Of a stretch of 64,000 nt of DNA, positions 44,439 to 54,766 are shown one piece after another. The notes beneath the pieces are model-generated. The model was given only the letters and a program-made list of their open reading frames with translations, made no database searches and was not told the DNA's origin. The DNA lies in the NCBI RefSeq assembly GCF_030013205.1, contig NZ_CP122648.1; one strand, written 5' to 3'. The stretch's first letter is position 1, and every line of letters begins with the position of its first letter. The position numbers and the translations under genes were made by a program. Source of the DNA: Escherichia coli (lineage in GTDB: Bacteria; Pseudomonadota; Gammaproteobacteria; Enterobacterales; Enterobacteriaceae).

Positions 44439-47232
44439 CATCCGGGTCGCTTTCAGCGCCGTTGACAGGCTGACCCGGCCTGCCGAAAACGCCCGCCGCC
44501 TGATGGGGCAGTTTGGTGACTCCATCCAGCGAACGCAGGGGGCGATCAAAAATCTCGAGCGTCAGGCGCGTTCATTTGAGCGCGCCCGTGACGCTGTCAG
44601 TAAAGCGGATGCTGGCATATTGAAAGCACGACGCCAGCTTAACGCCCTTAATCAGTTACAACGCACGGGTACAGTGCTCAGCGAAAAACAACAAAAGCTG
44701 ATGCAGCAGTTAAGCACCCGGCTTGAACGCCTGAATGAATCGCGCACACGGGAAATTCAGAAAATGCGGGAGCTTGGCGGAGAGCTGAAACGCCACGGCA
44801 TTTCCCTGACAGGCAGCGATAACACCATCCAGCAGGCCATCAGACGCACCGAACAGTACAACAACCAGCTTGAACGCGAACGGCAGGCGCTTGCGCGTGT
44901 AACACGGGCGCGTGAGCGGTATTCGCGCGCGCAGGAAACAGCGGGAAAACTGAAAACAGGTGGTGCGCTGGCAATTGGTGCGGCAACGGCGGGCGGCTAT
45001 GCTGCCGGGCGTTTTTTGCAGCCTGCGATCGGGTTCGGCAAAGAGATGTCCCGCGTTCAGGCACTGACGCGAATCGACAAAAACAGCCCGCAGTTTAAGG
45101 CGCTGCGTGAGCAGGCGTTAAAACTTGGCTCTGAAACACAGTTTACTGCGAGTGATGCCGCCAGTGGGCAGAGCTTTCTGGCAATGGCTGGTTTTACTCC
45201 GCAGGCCATTCAGGCCGCATTGCCCGGTGTTCTTAATATGGCGCTGGCAGGTGGCGTCGAACTCGGCGAGACGGCTGATATAGGCTCCAATATCCTCACA
45301 CAGTTCAACCTGACAGCCGATCAAATGGACCGTGTTGGCGATACGCTGACAGCAGCATTCACCCGGACCAATACTGATTTACGCGCGCTGGGCGAAACCA
45401 TGAAGTATACCGGTCCGGTTGCCGCAAAACTTGGTATCAGTCTTGAAGAAGCGGCGGCCATGGCCGGGATGCTTGCCAATAATGGTCTTCGCGGAAGCGA
45501 TGCTGGTACGGCCATGCGCGCAAGTCTGTCCCGCCTTGCATCACCGCCAAAAGCTGCGGCTGATGCACTGAAAGAGCTGGGGGTGTCAGTTGCTGACGCC
45601 AGAGGCAAAATGCGCCCGATGGAGGATGTGCTGCTTGATCTCTATAAGGCGACACAAAAATACGGACAGGTGGACCAGGTTTCCTTCTTCAAGGACATCG
45701 CCGGAGAAGAGGCGTTCGTTGGTTTGCAGACGCTTGTTGCGGCGGCTGGTTCAGGAGAGCTGCAAAAACTGACCAGAGAATTGCAGGGGGCAAGGGGAGA
45801 GGCCGATCGCGTCGCAAAAGTAATGGCCGATAATCTTGATGGGGACCTGAAAAATCTCGACAGCGCATGGGAAGGTCTTCGTATTCGCATCAGTGATCTG
45901 GTTGACGGTCCGCTGCGTTCTGTCACGCAGTGGCTCACGCGGGTGCTTGAAAAAATCACCTCGCTGGCGCAGGCCCATCCGGTACTGACGCGCCAGCTAC
46001 TGATAGCAGGCGGTGCGTTGCTGGCAATGACTGCAACGATTGGCTCGTTGTCGCTGGTTATTGGGGTGCTTTACGGGAAGCTGGCCACCCTGCGTCTTGG
46101 TTTTGACATTCTTACCCGGTCAATGAATGTCGTCAGGGTGTTGCCTGCGCTGTGGGGAATGGTGACGGGTTCCGTTTCTTTACTGGGAGGCGCCATCGGG
46201 GCGTTGTTCAGTCCGGTTGGTCTTATCGTGGCTGCGCTTGCCGGAGCTGCCGTTCTTATCTGGAAATACTGGGATCCCATCAGGGCATTTTTTGCCGGGG
46301 TGTTCAGCGGGATTATGGAAAGGCTGACCCCGTTGCGCGAAACCTTTGAACGGTTTGGTCCTGTTTTTGACACAATCGGAAGCGGGATCAGCCAGGTGTT
46401 TAACTGGTTTAAATCGCTGCTGTCACCGATGGAGTCCAGCAAGGAAACGCTGGATAAATGTACCAGTGCTGGCGAGATATTCGGTAACGTTCTTGGCGGT
46501 GCGTTACAGCTTGTTCTGACACCTGCAAAAATGCTACTGGATACGCTGGCGTGGATACTTGAAAAACTTGGCGTCCTTCCGGATGAAGCGGAAAGGGCGC
46601 GCAAGAAAATCGAAGACGCACAGCGTGCGGCCATTCTTCAGGACAAGGTTGTCTTGCTTCAGGGTGACCTGGCGAAAATCAATCCGCCGAAGCCTGTGGA
46701 AAATGGCAATGGCACCGGAGGTAATAAACCCAAAGACAACAAACCGCTCACAGACAGCAATACCGGGACGCTACGCAGACTCAGCAAAATTGCTGATAAC
46801 ACAGGTAAGCTGGTTGATGAGACGAAAAAACGCATTGGCCCCGGCGATATTGTCTTTAAGAACCTGCCCCGCGCACTTGCTGTTCGTGGAGAGTGGCAGG
46901 AGCGGAAGATTGCGCAGGTCAGTAAGCCTGCCCCCGCAATTAATATCACACCCGTGGTCCCGGCTCCGCTGCCTCCGGCGCTGGTCCCTGTTGTTGCGGC
47001 CAGCTCCCGCCCGGTGGCGGAGGCCATACGATCTCCAGTGGCATCAGTTCCTGTAACTTCCCGTAACCGGGAGCCTGTTGCCTCCGGATTTGGTGGTGAA
47101 ATTCATGTTCATCTGCATAACGTTGTTACGCAGAATCCCCGCGAACTGGCGAAACTGGTCGGTGAAATGGTCAGGGCAGAAATGGAACGGCGCGCCCGTG
47201 CCGGGCGTGGCAGTTTTTACGATAAAGATTGA
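44389..47232 (+). CDS. T: P2 gpT-like tail tape measure protein (true start probably 44416 or 44425)
   Basis: 947 aa, coiled-coil and Gly/Ala-rich membrane-like segments typical of tape measure proteins. Confidence 0.9.
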   Translation: MSGRHFAAGMQTMKTLDIRVAFSAVDRLTRPAENARRLMGQFGDSIQRTQGAIKNLERQARSFERARDAVSKADAGILKARRQLNALNQLQRTGTVLSEKQQKLMQQLSTRLERLNESRTREIQKMRELGGELKRHGISLTGSDNTIQQAIRRTEQYNNQLERERQALARVTRARERYSRAQETAGKLKTGGALAIGAATAGGYAAGRFLQPAIGFGKEMSRVQALTRIDKNSPQFKALREQALKLGSETQFTASDAASGQSFLAMAGFTPQAIQAALPGVLNMALAGGVELGETADIGSNILTQFNLTADQMDRVGDTLTAAFTRTNTDLRALGETMKYTGPVAAKLGISLEEAAAMAGMLANNGLRGSDAGTAMRASLSRLASPPKAAADALKELGVSVADARGKMRPMEDVLLDLYKATQKYGQVDQVSFFKDIAGEEAFVGLQTLVAAAGSGELQKLTRELQGARGEADRVAKVMADNLDGDLKNLDSAWEGLRIRISDLVDGPLRSVTQWLTRVLEKITSLAQAHPVLTRQLLIAGGALLAMTATIGSLSLVIGVLYGKLATLRLGFDILTRSMNVVRVLPALWGMVTGSVSLLGGAIGALFSPVGLIVAALAGAAVLIWKYWDPIRAFFAGVFSGIMERLTPLRETFERFGPVFDTIGSGISQVFNWFKSLLSPMESSKETLDKCTSAGEIFGNVLGGALQLVLTPAKMLLDTLAWILEKLGVLPDEAERARKKIEDAQRAAILQDKVVLLQGDLAKINPPKPVENGNGTGGNKPKDNKPLTDSNTGTLRRLSKIADNTGKLVDETKKRIGPGDIVFKNLPRALAVRGEWQERKIAQVSKPAPAINITPVVPAPLPPALVPVVAASSRPVAEAIRSPVASVPVTSRNREPVASGFGGEIHVHLHNVVTQNPRELAKLVGEMVRAEMERRARAGRGSFYDKD

Positions 47233-47238
47233 GGAGTC

Positions 47239-47733
47239 ATGGCCATGATGATGATCTACGGCATGTTTGTTTTTGAGCTGCGCACGCTGCCGCATCAGCA
47301 GTTACAGCAAAACAAAAGCTGGCGGCATGTGAAAAATGAACGCGTTAACCGTTCAGCAAGCTGGCAGTATATCGGTGCAGGTGATGATCGCATCGTTCTT
47401 TCTGGTGTGCTTTATCCTGAAATTACAGGTGGCGAAGTGTCGCTGTCGCTGCTGACCACGCAGGCGTATACAGGACGCCCCTGGCCTCTTATTGATGGCG
47501 TCGGGCAGATTTACGGCATGTATGTCCTGACCGAAACGAATACGACCCGTTCCGAGTTTGATCGCTACGGTAAGGCGAAAAAGATAGAATTTTCACTGAC
47601 CCTTGAACGCTGTGATGAGGATTTGCGGGAGCGCCTGCAATCCTCATCGTTCAGCGATATGCTGTCCGGCTTCAAAGATAAAGTGACATCATCCCTTAAC
47701 AGCGCGGCCAGTTCAGTTAAAGGGCTGTTCTGA
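47239..47733 (+). CDS. U: P2 gpU-like tail protein
   Basis: 164 aa; N-terminus and WQYIGAGDDRIVLSGVLYPEITGG match remembered P2 U. Confidence 0.85.
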   Translation: MAMMMIYGMFVFELRTLPHQQLQQNKSWRHVKNERVNRSASWQYIGAGDDRIVLSGVLYPEITGGEVSLSLLTTQAYTGRPWPLIDGVGQIYGMYVLTETNTTRSEFDRYGKAKKIEFSLTLERCDEDLRERLQSSSFSDMLSGFKDKVTSSLNSAASSVKGLF

Positions 47734-47903
47734 TTTAATGCTGGCCACTCATACCCTCATACCTGGTAATAAGTGGCCAGTCTTAACACTCACCATTTGA
47801 TTGCACCAGTGTTAACGATTTGTTACTGGACATCAGGCACGCTGGATAGCCAGTAGAAACATACCATTAAAATTATTACAATAATTGGTCACATGATTAT
47901 CTT

Positions 47904-48467
47904 ATGCTGAATAATAGAGATATGAATATTAATGAACTTAAAGATTGTATTCACTATGAAGTAATCGGTAGCGAGCGTCCTTTCTCCTGGCGAAAGGCAA
48001 TTGTTCGCGCAATAAAACATAGAAGAGTTCGTTATTTATTTTGGTGGCGCATAGCCAAATACCTTTTTGATAAAGGCGGATACTGTCGGAAGATTGCGGG
48101 GAAAATAGAACGTTTCATTCTTGATAAATATAATGTAACAGTCCCTTTAACTGTAAATATAGGGAAAGGCTTTGATATTTCTTATCTCAACAGTGTTGTT
48201 ATCGGTCACAAAGTAACAATCGGTGAAAATTGTTCAATAAAACCAGGGGTAACTATTGGGCTGCGTGGTGATTTTAATGATATGGATATTGTTATAGGAC
48301 ATAATGTGACCATTGGTTGTAATGCCACCATTCTTGGTGGCAAAGTGCGTATAGGAAACAATGTCACAATAGGTGCTCATGCATTGGTATTGCATGATAT
48401 TCCAGATGATTCAACATTCATCACTAAATTTCAGTCTGAAGTTATCTGCTCGTCCTCCCGCACATAA
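47904..48467 (+). CDS. hexapeptide-repeat acyl/acetyltransferase; AT-rich accessory gene, possible surface-polysaccharide modification
   Basis: 187 aa with repeated [LIV]GxxxxIG hexapeptide motifs; 3' end overlaps tfa by 37 nt convergently. Confidence 0.7.
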   Translation: MLNNRDMNINELKDCIHYEVIGSERPFSWRKAIVRAIKHRRVRYLFWWRIAKYLFDKGGYCRKIAGKIERFILDKYNVTVPLTVNIGKGFDISYLNSVVIGHKVTIGENCSIKPGVTIGLRGDFNDMDIVIGHNVTIGCNATILGGKVRIGNNVTIGAHALVLHDIPDDSTFITKFQSEVICSSSRT

Positions 48468-49048
48468 CCCTGATTCATCAGCTCTGGCCATACGATATCC
48501 GGAGCTGTACTGGTGTCAATTCTACTCACTAATACTCTGTATTTTCTCCAGGAATCCAGTTGTGAATTTTCCTCGTTTGTTGCTATTTCAAGATTAACTG
48601 CATCCTGCAGAATTGCGATGTTATCTGTTGCTTCCTGGATCAACCTTGCCTTTTTCTCTTCCGCTTCCCGTATCCGAAACAGTTTTTCTGCTTCCTCATC
48701 CTTCACCCAGGATACGCCGTCCCACTTCTGATACTCCCCTGCTGGCGACAACCAGGTGACATTCTCTGGTAGCGGTCCGGGTTCAGAAATAAACAACGCG
48801 TCCCCCGATGCCACGTCATAGACCGTTTTACCACGATGGTCTTCAACAATATTCCACGATTCATTTTCACTGTTAAAAACTGCCACAAAGCCAGCAGGAA
48901 TTTCCGGTGGGGCGATATCTGTAGAATTGGCTGGCAGCCCTGTATGAGGTGGAATATATGCGTCACCTTCACCAATAAACTCATTAGTTCCGGCCAGCAG
49001 GTTATAAATTTTTACAGTACGTGATTGTTCACTCATTCTGAATGCCAT
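48431..49048 (-). CDS. G: tail fibre assembly protein (lambda Tfa / P2 gpG type)
   Basis: 205 aa; N-terminus [34 protein letters not shown] matches remembered lambda Tfa. Confidence 0.9.
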   Translation of the reverse strand: MAFRMSEQSRTVKIYNLLAGTNEFIGEGDAYIPPHTGLPANSTDIAPPEIPAGFVAVFNSENESWNIVEDHRGKTVYDVASGDALFISEPGPLPENVTWLSPAGEYQKWDGVSWVKDEEAEKLFRIREAEEKKARLIQEATDNIAILQDAVNLEIATNEENSQLDSWRKYRVLVSRIDTSTAPDIVWPELMNQGYVREDEQITSD

Positions 49049-49400
49049 TATGCAAGCCTCACAATATAATTAAATGCGATGTTTTTAACGGTGTTTTCCG
49101 CGTTACCAGCAGCGTTAACGGTGATGGTGTGTCCATGTGAACCAATCGCAACAGAGTGCGTATGAGCGCCAATAGCTGATTGAGTGTGACGCCATACGCC
49201 CCACGGACCATCAGTGCCATTCCACTTATTGGCGAGTTTACGCATGTATACATTGCCGTCTCTCGTGATAAAACGTTGCGTGCCTGCAAAATTGCCAGCT
49301 GCAAAAACCTCAAGCACACCGACAGCATTATCTTCCGGGAAATTTTTCTCCAGTGTTGCGTTGGTGGATGTTGCTTTAGACCAGATGCCAGTGCATCAGC
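49048..49400 (-). pseudogene. H: C-terminal fragment (about 117 codons) of tail fibre protein (gpH/Stf type), 5'-truncated
   Basis: frame open from stop near 49400 to ...[19 protein letters not shown]; no start codon or N-terminal domain. Confidence 0.75.
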
Positions 49401-50033
49401 GTTCGCATACTTACCCGCGTGCGCCACGGTGTTGTCCATGTTACGGGAGGTCAGCGTCACGTCATTCATAACGCGTTCGCTGGCGTCGGTTCTGATGTGC
49501 TCCAGCCACCCCACGTTAACGTCCTGAAGCAACTTGTTGGTGCTGAAGTTGGACTCATCCGCGTGAGACGTGCCGTTGAAACCGATCATGATTCGGTCAA
49601 GCGCCACCTGTCGGGCAATCTGTGCGCTGATGCGGGACTGAAAATCGCTGTGTGCCGACCAGGCATCAAGCTGCGGATACGAAATAAACGTGTCGTAGTT
49701 CACCTGTTCGCACTGGTATTTGCGGTTTTTCAGATCAACCACGTTATTCGGGTTACGGCGTTTTGTTCCGTCATAACTGGTATTCGTGCGCGCAATCGGT
49801 CCTGTGGTATCCAGGAGGATTTTTTCGCCCTTCTGGTCGGTCACGCCGATCACGTTAATTCTTTTTGTAAATTCGGTGCTTTCCTTTGAGGCGTTTTCAA
49901 AACGCTGCTGTACCGAGGGTTCCACGGTAAATCGCGATACCAGTGCGGAAACCGGGATATTGTTAAGCGACGCCTGCTGCGCCATATAGCAACCCAGCTT
50001 GTTGCGGGTAATATCTGACATCACCAGATTCAT
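49400..50033 (-). pseudogene. N: major capsid protein gpN, N-terminal about 210 codons only, fused out of frame to tail-fibre fragment
   Basis: homology to P2 N (FTVEPSV, NKYxCEQ, IMxGFNG) ends near HAGKYANADALASG; track ORF 49059..50033 continues in a non-homologous frame. Confidence 0.75.
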
Positions 50034-50056
50034 AAAAAATTTGCTCCTTTGTCTTA

Positions 50057-50893
50057 TCAGAAGTCAGCCAACTGGTCGGAGGCTGCGCCTGTTGCGGTGA
50101 ACCGGTTCTGCGGATCGCCGTCCTGCGTGCGCAGTTTTTCCTTCAGTTCTGCCAGCTCTGTGGTCAGTAAAGTGATTTTCTGGCTGTCCTGCTGATGGCG
50201 GGTTTCCAGCACATTAAAACGGTCGATAATGTCGGCCTGTGACGTTGCGACACCTTCCACCGCTTCCTGAATACGGGAGAAACTGGCGTCATCCGCTTTG
50301 CGGCCACGGCCAATAATCCCCATAACGCGGTTAAACCACTGGGTGCCTTCCTCCTGACGTTGTTCGGTGAGTTCGATAAGTTCTGACTCCATAGCGGCGG
50401 TAAACATCGCCACGTCTCCCTGCTGACAGTTGAATGTCATCAGTTGCATACGTTGTTGTGCCGCAAAGGCCAGACGTTCCGTGCCCAGGCTGGCGGGGGT
50501 GTCGGTCATTGCCAGCCCGCGCAGGTAAGGGCCTCCCGTGATGGTTGACTGTGGTTCCAGCTCAATACTGGAGTAAATTTTTTTACCATCGTTAAGCAGG
50601 GACATCATGCGAGCGGTCGGCTCAATTTCGGCATACAGTGCCGTGCGACCTGCCAGCGGGCCATCGGTTATGTCTTCGGTGCTCAACCCCACAACATCGC
50701 CCATAGCGGAAAACTCGCTACCGGGGAGTGGTGACAGGATGTGCTCAATATTCACACGTGCACCATAAACGGACGGGTTATAACTGGTGGCGGCAGCTTT
50801 CAGCATGTCGCCGTTGATTTCGCGCCCGTCTGCCGTTACACCGGAGACAGCCACGCGAAACTTTTTGCGGGATGTCTTTTTTTCATTAGCCAT
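50057..50893 (-). CDS. O: P2 gpO-like capsid scaffolding protein/protease
   Basis: start chosen at MANEKK with GAGGGG RBS; track ORF extends to 50926. Confidence 0.85.
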   Translation of the reverse strand: MANEKKTSRKKFRVAVSGVTADGREINGDMLKAAATSYNPSVYGARVNIEHILSPLPGSEFSAMGDVVGLSTEDITDGPLAGRTALYAEIEPTARMMSLLNDGKKIYSSIELEPQSTITGGPYLRGLAMTDTPASLGTERLAFAAQQRMQLMTFNCQQGDVAMFTAAMESELIELTEQRQEEGTQWFNRVMGIIGRGRKADDASFSRIQEAVEGVATSQADIIDRFNVLETRHQQDSQKITLLTTELAELKEKLRTQDGDPQNRFTATGAASDQLADF

Positions 50894-51047
50894 AGTTTTT
50901 GCCCCTCTGACTGGTTCTTCAGTCATGATGGCAAAGCGTAACAGGCTGATACAAAGGGCTTTTGTTGTAAGAAAACAGTCAGAACAGGGGGTTAAGGAGA
51001 ACGGTTTCGCGCGCGGGTAATCTTCCTGTAATTACTCAGGGGGAGCA

Positions 51048-52799
51048 ATGATTCAGGACGCTTTTGTGCGCCAGCGTGCGCGACAACTTTACTGGCAGGG
51101 TTATCCGCCCGCAGAAATATCACGTCTGATGGGAATAAACCCGAACACGATTTATGCGTGGAAAAAACGCGACCAGTGGGATGAAACGCCACCCGTGCAG
51201 CGTGTCACGCAGTCCATCGATGCGCGCCTCATCCAGCTTACTGAAAAACAGAATAAAACAGGCGGTGACTTTAAGGAAATAGACCTGCTGACCCGGCAGC
51301 TTAAAAAACTGCATGATGGCCAGCCGGATGTGACGGCCACAGGAAAGAAAGGCCGGGCGAAAAAACTCAAAAATCATTTCACGCCGGAACAGATTGCCGC
51401 ACTGCGGGAAAAAATCATCAGCAGGCTGGAGTGGCATCAGCGGGGCTGGTTTGACTCCCTGACCCTTTGCAGGGAAGCCGGGATACGTAACAGGATGATC
51501 CTGAAATCCCGACAGATTGGGGCGACCTGGTATTTTGCACAGGAAGCACTGCTGATGGCGCTGCGTGACGATGTGGCGCAACCTTACCAGCGTAACCAGA
51601 TTTTTTTGTCTGCGTCGCGTCGTCAGGCGTTCCAGTTTAAAAGCATTATTCAGAAGGCCGCGGCTGAAGTTGATGTGGAGCTGAAAGGGGGCGATAAAAT
51701 CATCCTCTCCAACGGCGCAGAGCTGCATTTTCTCGGCACTTCTGCTGCGTCGGCACAGTCCTATACGGGCAATTTTTATTTTGATGAATTCTTCTGGGTC
51801 AGTCGCTTTGCTGAACTGCGCAAGGTGGCTGGCGCTATGGCAACCCTCAGCGGACTGCGGCGCACCTACTTCTCCACGCCATCCACCGAAACGCACGAGG
51901 CATACGCCTACTGGAACGGCGACCGCTGGAACGAGAAAAAGGCCACGCATAAACGCCAGCGTTTTTCTGTGGACTGGAAAACGCTGCATAACGGGCTTAT
52001 CTGCCCTGACCGGACGTGGCGGCAAATTGTCACGCTGGAAGATGTGGTTAATCACGGCTGGAAACACACCGATATTGACGAAATCCGTGATGAAAACACC
52101 GAAGACGAGTTCCTCAATCTCTATATGTGTGAGTTTGTTCGCGAAGGGGAATCGGCATTTAACCTGAATATCCTGATTGGCTGCGGTGTTGACGGATACG
52201 ACGACTGGAAAGACTGGAAACCTTTTGCTCCCCGCCCGATGGGGAATCGTCCGGTATGGATTGGGTATGACGCAAACGGCAGCAGTGGCAACGGCGACAG
52301 CGGCGCTGTGTCCGTGGTGGTTCCTCCGGCTGTTCCTGGTGGCCGTTTTCGAACGGTGGAGACGCGACGCGTTCAGGGGCTGGAGTTTGAAGAACAGGCC
52401 AGAGTCATTGAAGAGTTCACGTATCGCTACAACGTGGAACACATCGGCATTGATGTGACGGGCGGGAACGGGGAGGCTGTTTATCAGATAGTGAAACGGT
52501 TTTTCCCTGCTGCTATTCCGTACACCTTCACGCTGTCATCAAAACGGTCGCTGGTACTGAAAATGCTGCAAATAATGCGTGCCGGGCGGTGGGAATACGA
52601 TCGCGCCGAACGCGAGCTGGTCGCGGCCTTTAACGCCGTGCGTAAGGTGAAAACACCGGGCGGCTTTATCACTTACGAAACGGACCGCGCGAGGGGGATC
52701 AGCCACGGCGACCTTGCGTGGGCAACCATGCTTGCTGTCATTAACGAACCGATTGGCGGCGAAGGAGAAAACGAGCGTTTCACGGTTATGGAGTTCTGA
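51048..52799 (+). CDS. P: P2 gpP-like terminase large (ATPase) subunit
   Basis: 583 aa; divergent from O as in P2. Confidence 0.85.
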   Translation: MIQDAFVRQRARQLYWQGYPPAEISRLMGINPNTIYAWKKRDQWDETPPVQRVTQSIDARLIQLTEKQNKTGGDFKEIDLLTRQLKKLHDGQPDVTATGKKGRAKKLKNHFTPEQIAALREKIISRLEWHQRGWFDSLTLCREAGIRNRMILKSRQIGATWYFAQEALLMALRDDVAQPYQRNQIFLSASRRQAFQFKSIIQKAAAEVDVELKGGDKIILSNGAELHFLGTSAASAQSYTGNFYFDEFFWVSRFAELRKVAGAMATLSGLRRTYFSTPSTETHEAYAYWNGDRWNEKKATHKRQRFSVDWKTLHNGLICPDRTWRQIVTLEDVVNHGWKHTDIDEIRDENTEDEFLNLYMCEFVREGESAFNLNILIGCGVDGYDDWKDWKPFAPRPMGNRPVWIGYDANGSSGNGDSGAVSVVVPPAVPGGRFRTVETRRVQGLEFEEQARVIEEFTYRYNVEHIGIDVTGGNGEAVYQIVKRFFPAAIPYTFTLSSKRSLVLKMLQIMRAGRWEYDRAERELVAAFNAVRKVKTPGGFITYETDRARGISHGDLAWATMLAVINEPIGGEGENERFTVMEF

Positions 52800-53845
52800 T
52801 GAGCAGAAAAAATAAAAAAGTGCGCATGAGTTCACGCATTGATCTCGCTGATGCGCTCAGGAAAGAATCATCGCTCAGTGCATTCACATTTGATGGTCCT
52901 TATCGCCTGACCGGGCATGACCTGCTGGACAATATGTACTGTGCTGATAACGGGCGGTGGTATGAAACCCCGGTGGACTGGTACGGTCTGGCAAGAGCAG
53001 CCCGGCAAACGTCCTGGCATCAGTCTGCGCTTTACTTTAAGCGCAATGTATTACTCGGTTGCTACATCCCGCACCCGCTGCTTTCCCGGCAGGATTTCTC
53101 GGCGCTGGCGCTGGACTGGTTTGTGTTCGGTAACGCATTCCTTGAGCTTCGAAGCAATATGCTCGGCGAACCGCTTAAATTACGGCACGCACTGGCGAAA
53201 TACATGCGACGCGGAAGCGATCTTGAATCATGGTGGTATGTGCAGGATGGCAAGGACGCGTTCCAGTTTCGCCCTGGCAAAGTGTGCCACCTGATGAATC
53301 CGGACATTAACCAGGAAATTTACGGCATGCCGGAATATCTTGGCGCATTACTCTCGGCAAGCCTGTCTCATTCGGCGGACATGTTCAGAAAACTGTATTA
53401 CGACAATGGATCCCACGCCGGGTGCATTATCTACATCGGTGCAGCGCAGGTAAACCGCGAAAGCATGGACTCCCTGAAAGAAACGCTACAGGGTGCGCGT
53501 GGTGGTGGTGCGTTTAAAAACGTGCTCATTCATGCGCCCAACGGGGGCAAAGAGGGGGTGCAAATTTTGCCGTTCCAGCAGATCACCGCAAAGGATGAGT
53601 TCATGAATGTTAAGGCGGCATCCCGTGATGATGTGCTGGCTGCGCACCGCGTTCCGCCGCAACTGATGGGGGCGATGCCGGGTGAAAAAAGTGCGTTTGG
53701 TGATGTGGAGAAGGCCGCGCGGGTTTACGCAATTAACGAGCTGATGCCCGTCATGGAGGCCATGAAGCACATCAATGACTGGCTTGGCGAAGAGGTGATC
53801 CGCTTTAACCCTTACGCACTGTTAGACACCCAGCCCACATCCTGA
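52799..53845 (+). CDS. Q: P2 gpQ-like portal protein
   Basis: 348 aa; start overlaps P stop (TGATG). Confidence 0.85.
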   Translation: MSRKNKKVRMSSRIDLADALRKESSLSAFTFDGPYRLTGHDLLDNMYCADNGRWYETPVDWYGLARAARQTSWHQSALYFKRNVLLGCYIPHPLLSRQDFSALALDWFVFGNAFLELRSNMLGEPLKLRHALAKYMRRGSDLESWWYVQDGKDAFQFRPGKVCHLMNPDINQEIYGMPEYLGALLSASLSHSADMFRKLYYDNGSHAGCIIYIGAAQVNRESMDSLKETLQGARGGGAFKNVLIHAPNGGKEGVQILPFQQITAKDEFMNVKAASRDDVLAAHRVPPQLMGAMPGEKSAFGDVEKAARVYAINELMPVMEAMKHINDWLGEEVIRFNPYALLDTQPTS

Positions 53846-53862
53846 CGCGCTTCGCTTGTCTG

Positions 53863-53905
53863 CTGCTTCGCCGGGGCATAAAAAATTTATGCCCCGGCGA
53901 AGCAG
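53863..53905. other. 18-bp perfect inverted repeat with 7-nt loop (CTGCTTCGCCGGGGCATA / TATGCCCCGGCGAAGCAG) just after Q; terminator or cos-adjacent site
   Basis: seen in sequence; no U tract on either side. Confidence 0.5.
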
Positions 53906-54298
53906 CTCCTGTATCAGTCAGATAATTTCACGACGCTTTCCTGCTTATTGCCATCATCGACGGTCAGACTCTTACGCAATCCCACCGCGTTGACTGCATG
54001 TTCTTCGACGCCTCAGTGCGATTTTGACGGCCTTACCTTTCACCCCATCAAATTAGAATCCCTCACGTCTTTTTCACACTCAGCGTGAGAAATACAGCCA
54101 TTCTGTTGTGTTGCTGCGACATCGTTCAGGGGATGCTATTTACCCCCTGAAACGCGGGCTGTTCCCCCGTCACCTGCGCGCAGAAAAAACGCGTTTTTTT
54201 GTGCACGTACGGATCCTTGACGGATCCAGCCACCACGCGGGCCGGAAGTACAAAAAGTCGTTCAAAAAAATTGTGCAAACTTGTGCACTATCGTGCAA

Positions 54299-54326
54299 AC
54301 AAAAAAAGCGCCTTATCGGCGCTTCA
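54299..54326 (-). terminator. intrinsic terminator (AGCGCC-loop-GGCGCT, T7 on minus strand) after 89-aa ORF
   Basis: seen in sequence. Confidence 0.6.
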
Positions 54327-54332
54327 AAAGTA

Positions 54333-54602
54333 TCAATTGTTGCTGTGTATTAATCGCCAACCACGAACATATGCTTCATAGGCATCTCTGTGCCTTACAG
54401 TTCCAGCCTGGCTAAACGGAATGTTAGCTAAAACTAAATCATTCTGAGCCATAGCGCGTCCTTCAAGCGCATCTTTTATGCCTAGCTCAAAAGCACAGGC
54501 AGCGCATTTGTGCCGACCTTCTTGTCCTTGATATTCAGGGAGAGACAGAAATGTTGGATTATAACGATGAGGGTTCTTGCAAATACCTGTTTTAGCCCGC
54601 AC
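54333..54602 (-). CDS. hypothetical 89-aa protein with Cys/His cluster (CKNPH...RHKCAAC); possible zinc-binding
   Basis: ORF track; sits beside cos in the tin/old position; own terminator. Confidence 0.45.
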   Translation of the reverse strand: MRAKTGICKNPHRYNPTFLSLPEYQGQEGRHKCAACAFELGIKDALEGRAMAQNDLVLANIPFSQAGTVRHRDAYEAYVRGWRLIHSNN

Positions 54603-54619
54603 TTTATTTACCTCATAGG

Positions 54620-54766
54620 AAAAATATGCGTGCCTTTACAGAGGTGCGTGTAAGCAATAAAATATACGACGCACATTTTGATTTACTTCGGAAGGCACGC
54701 ATATCAGGTTAAGTGAGTCCGACCGAGTTTTACGCCCCAATAGTTGCTGCTATTGGGGCGTTTTGC
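54620..54766 (+). ncRNA. candidate structured small RNA: 12-bp outer stem (TATGCGTGCCTT/AAGGCACGCATA) enclosing an inner hairpin, then 12-bp-stem intrinsic terminator with T4
   Basis: seen in sequence; no ORF; divergent from 89-aa gene. Confidence 0.35.

Noticed and set aside
44840-47056. Multiple ORFs on either strand within the tape measure gene
   Set aside because: Embedded in a GC-rich repetitive gene where spurious open frames are expected
53846-54298. Exact P2-type cos site
   Set aside because: The region after Q is the expected location and contains a large hairpin and GTGCA-type repeats, but I could not match a cohesive-end sequence from memory, so no cos coordinates are claimed
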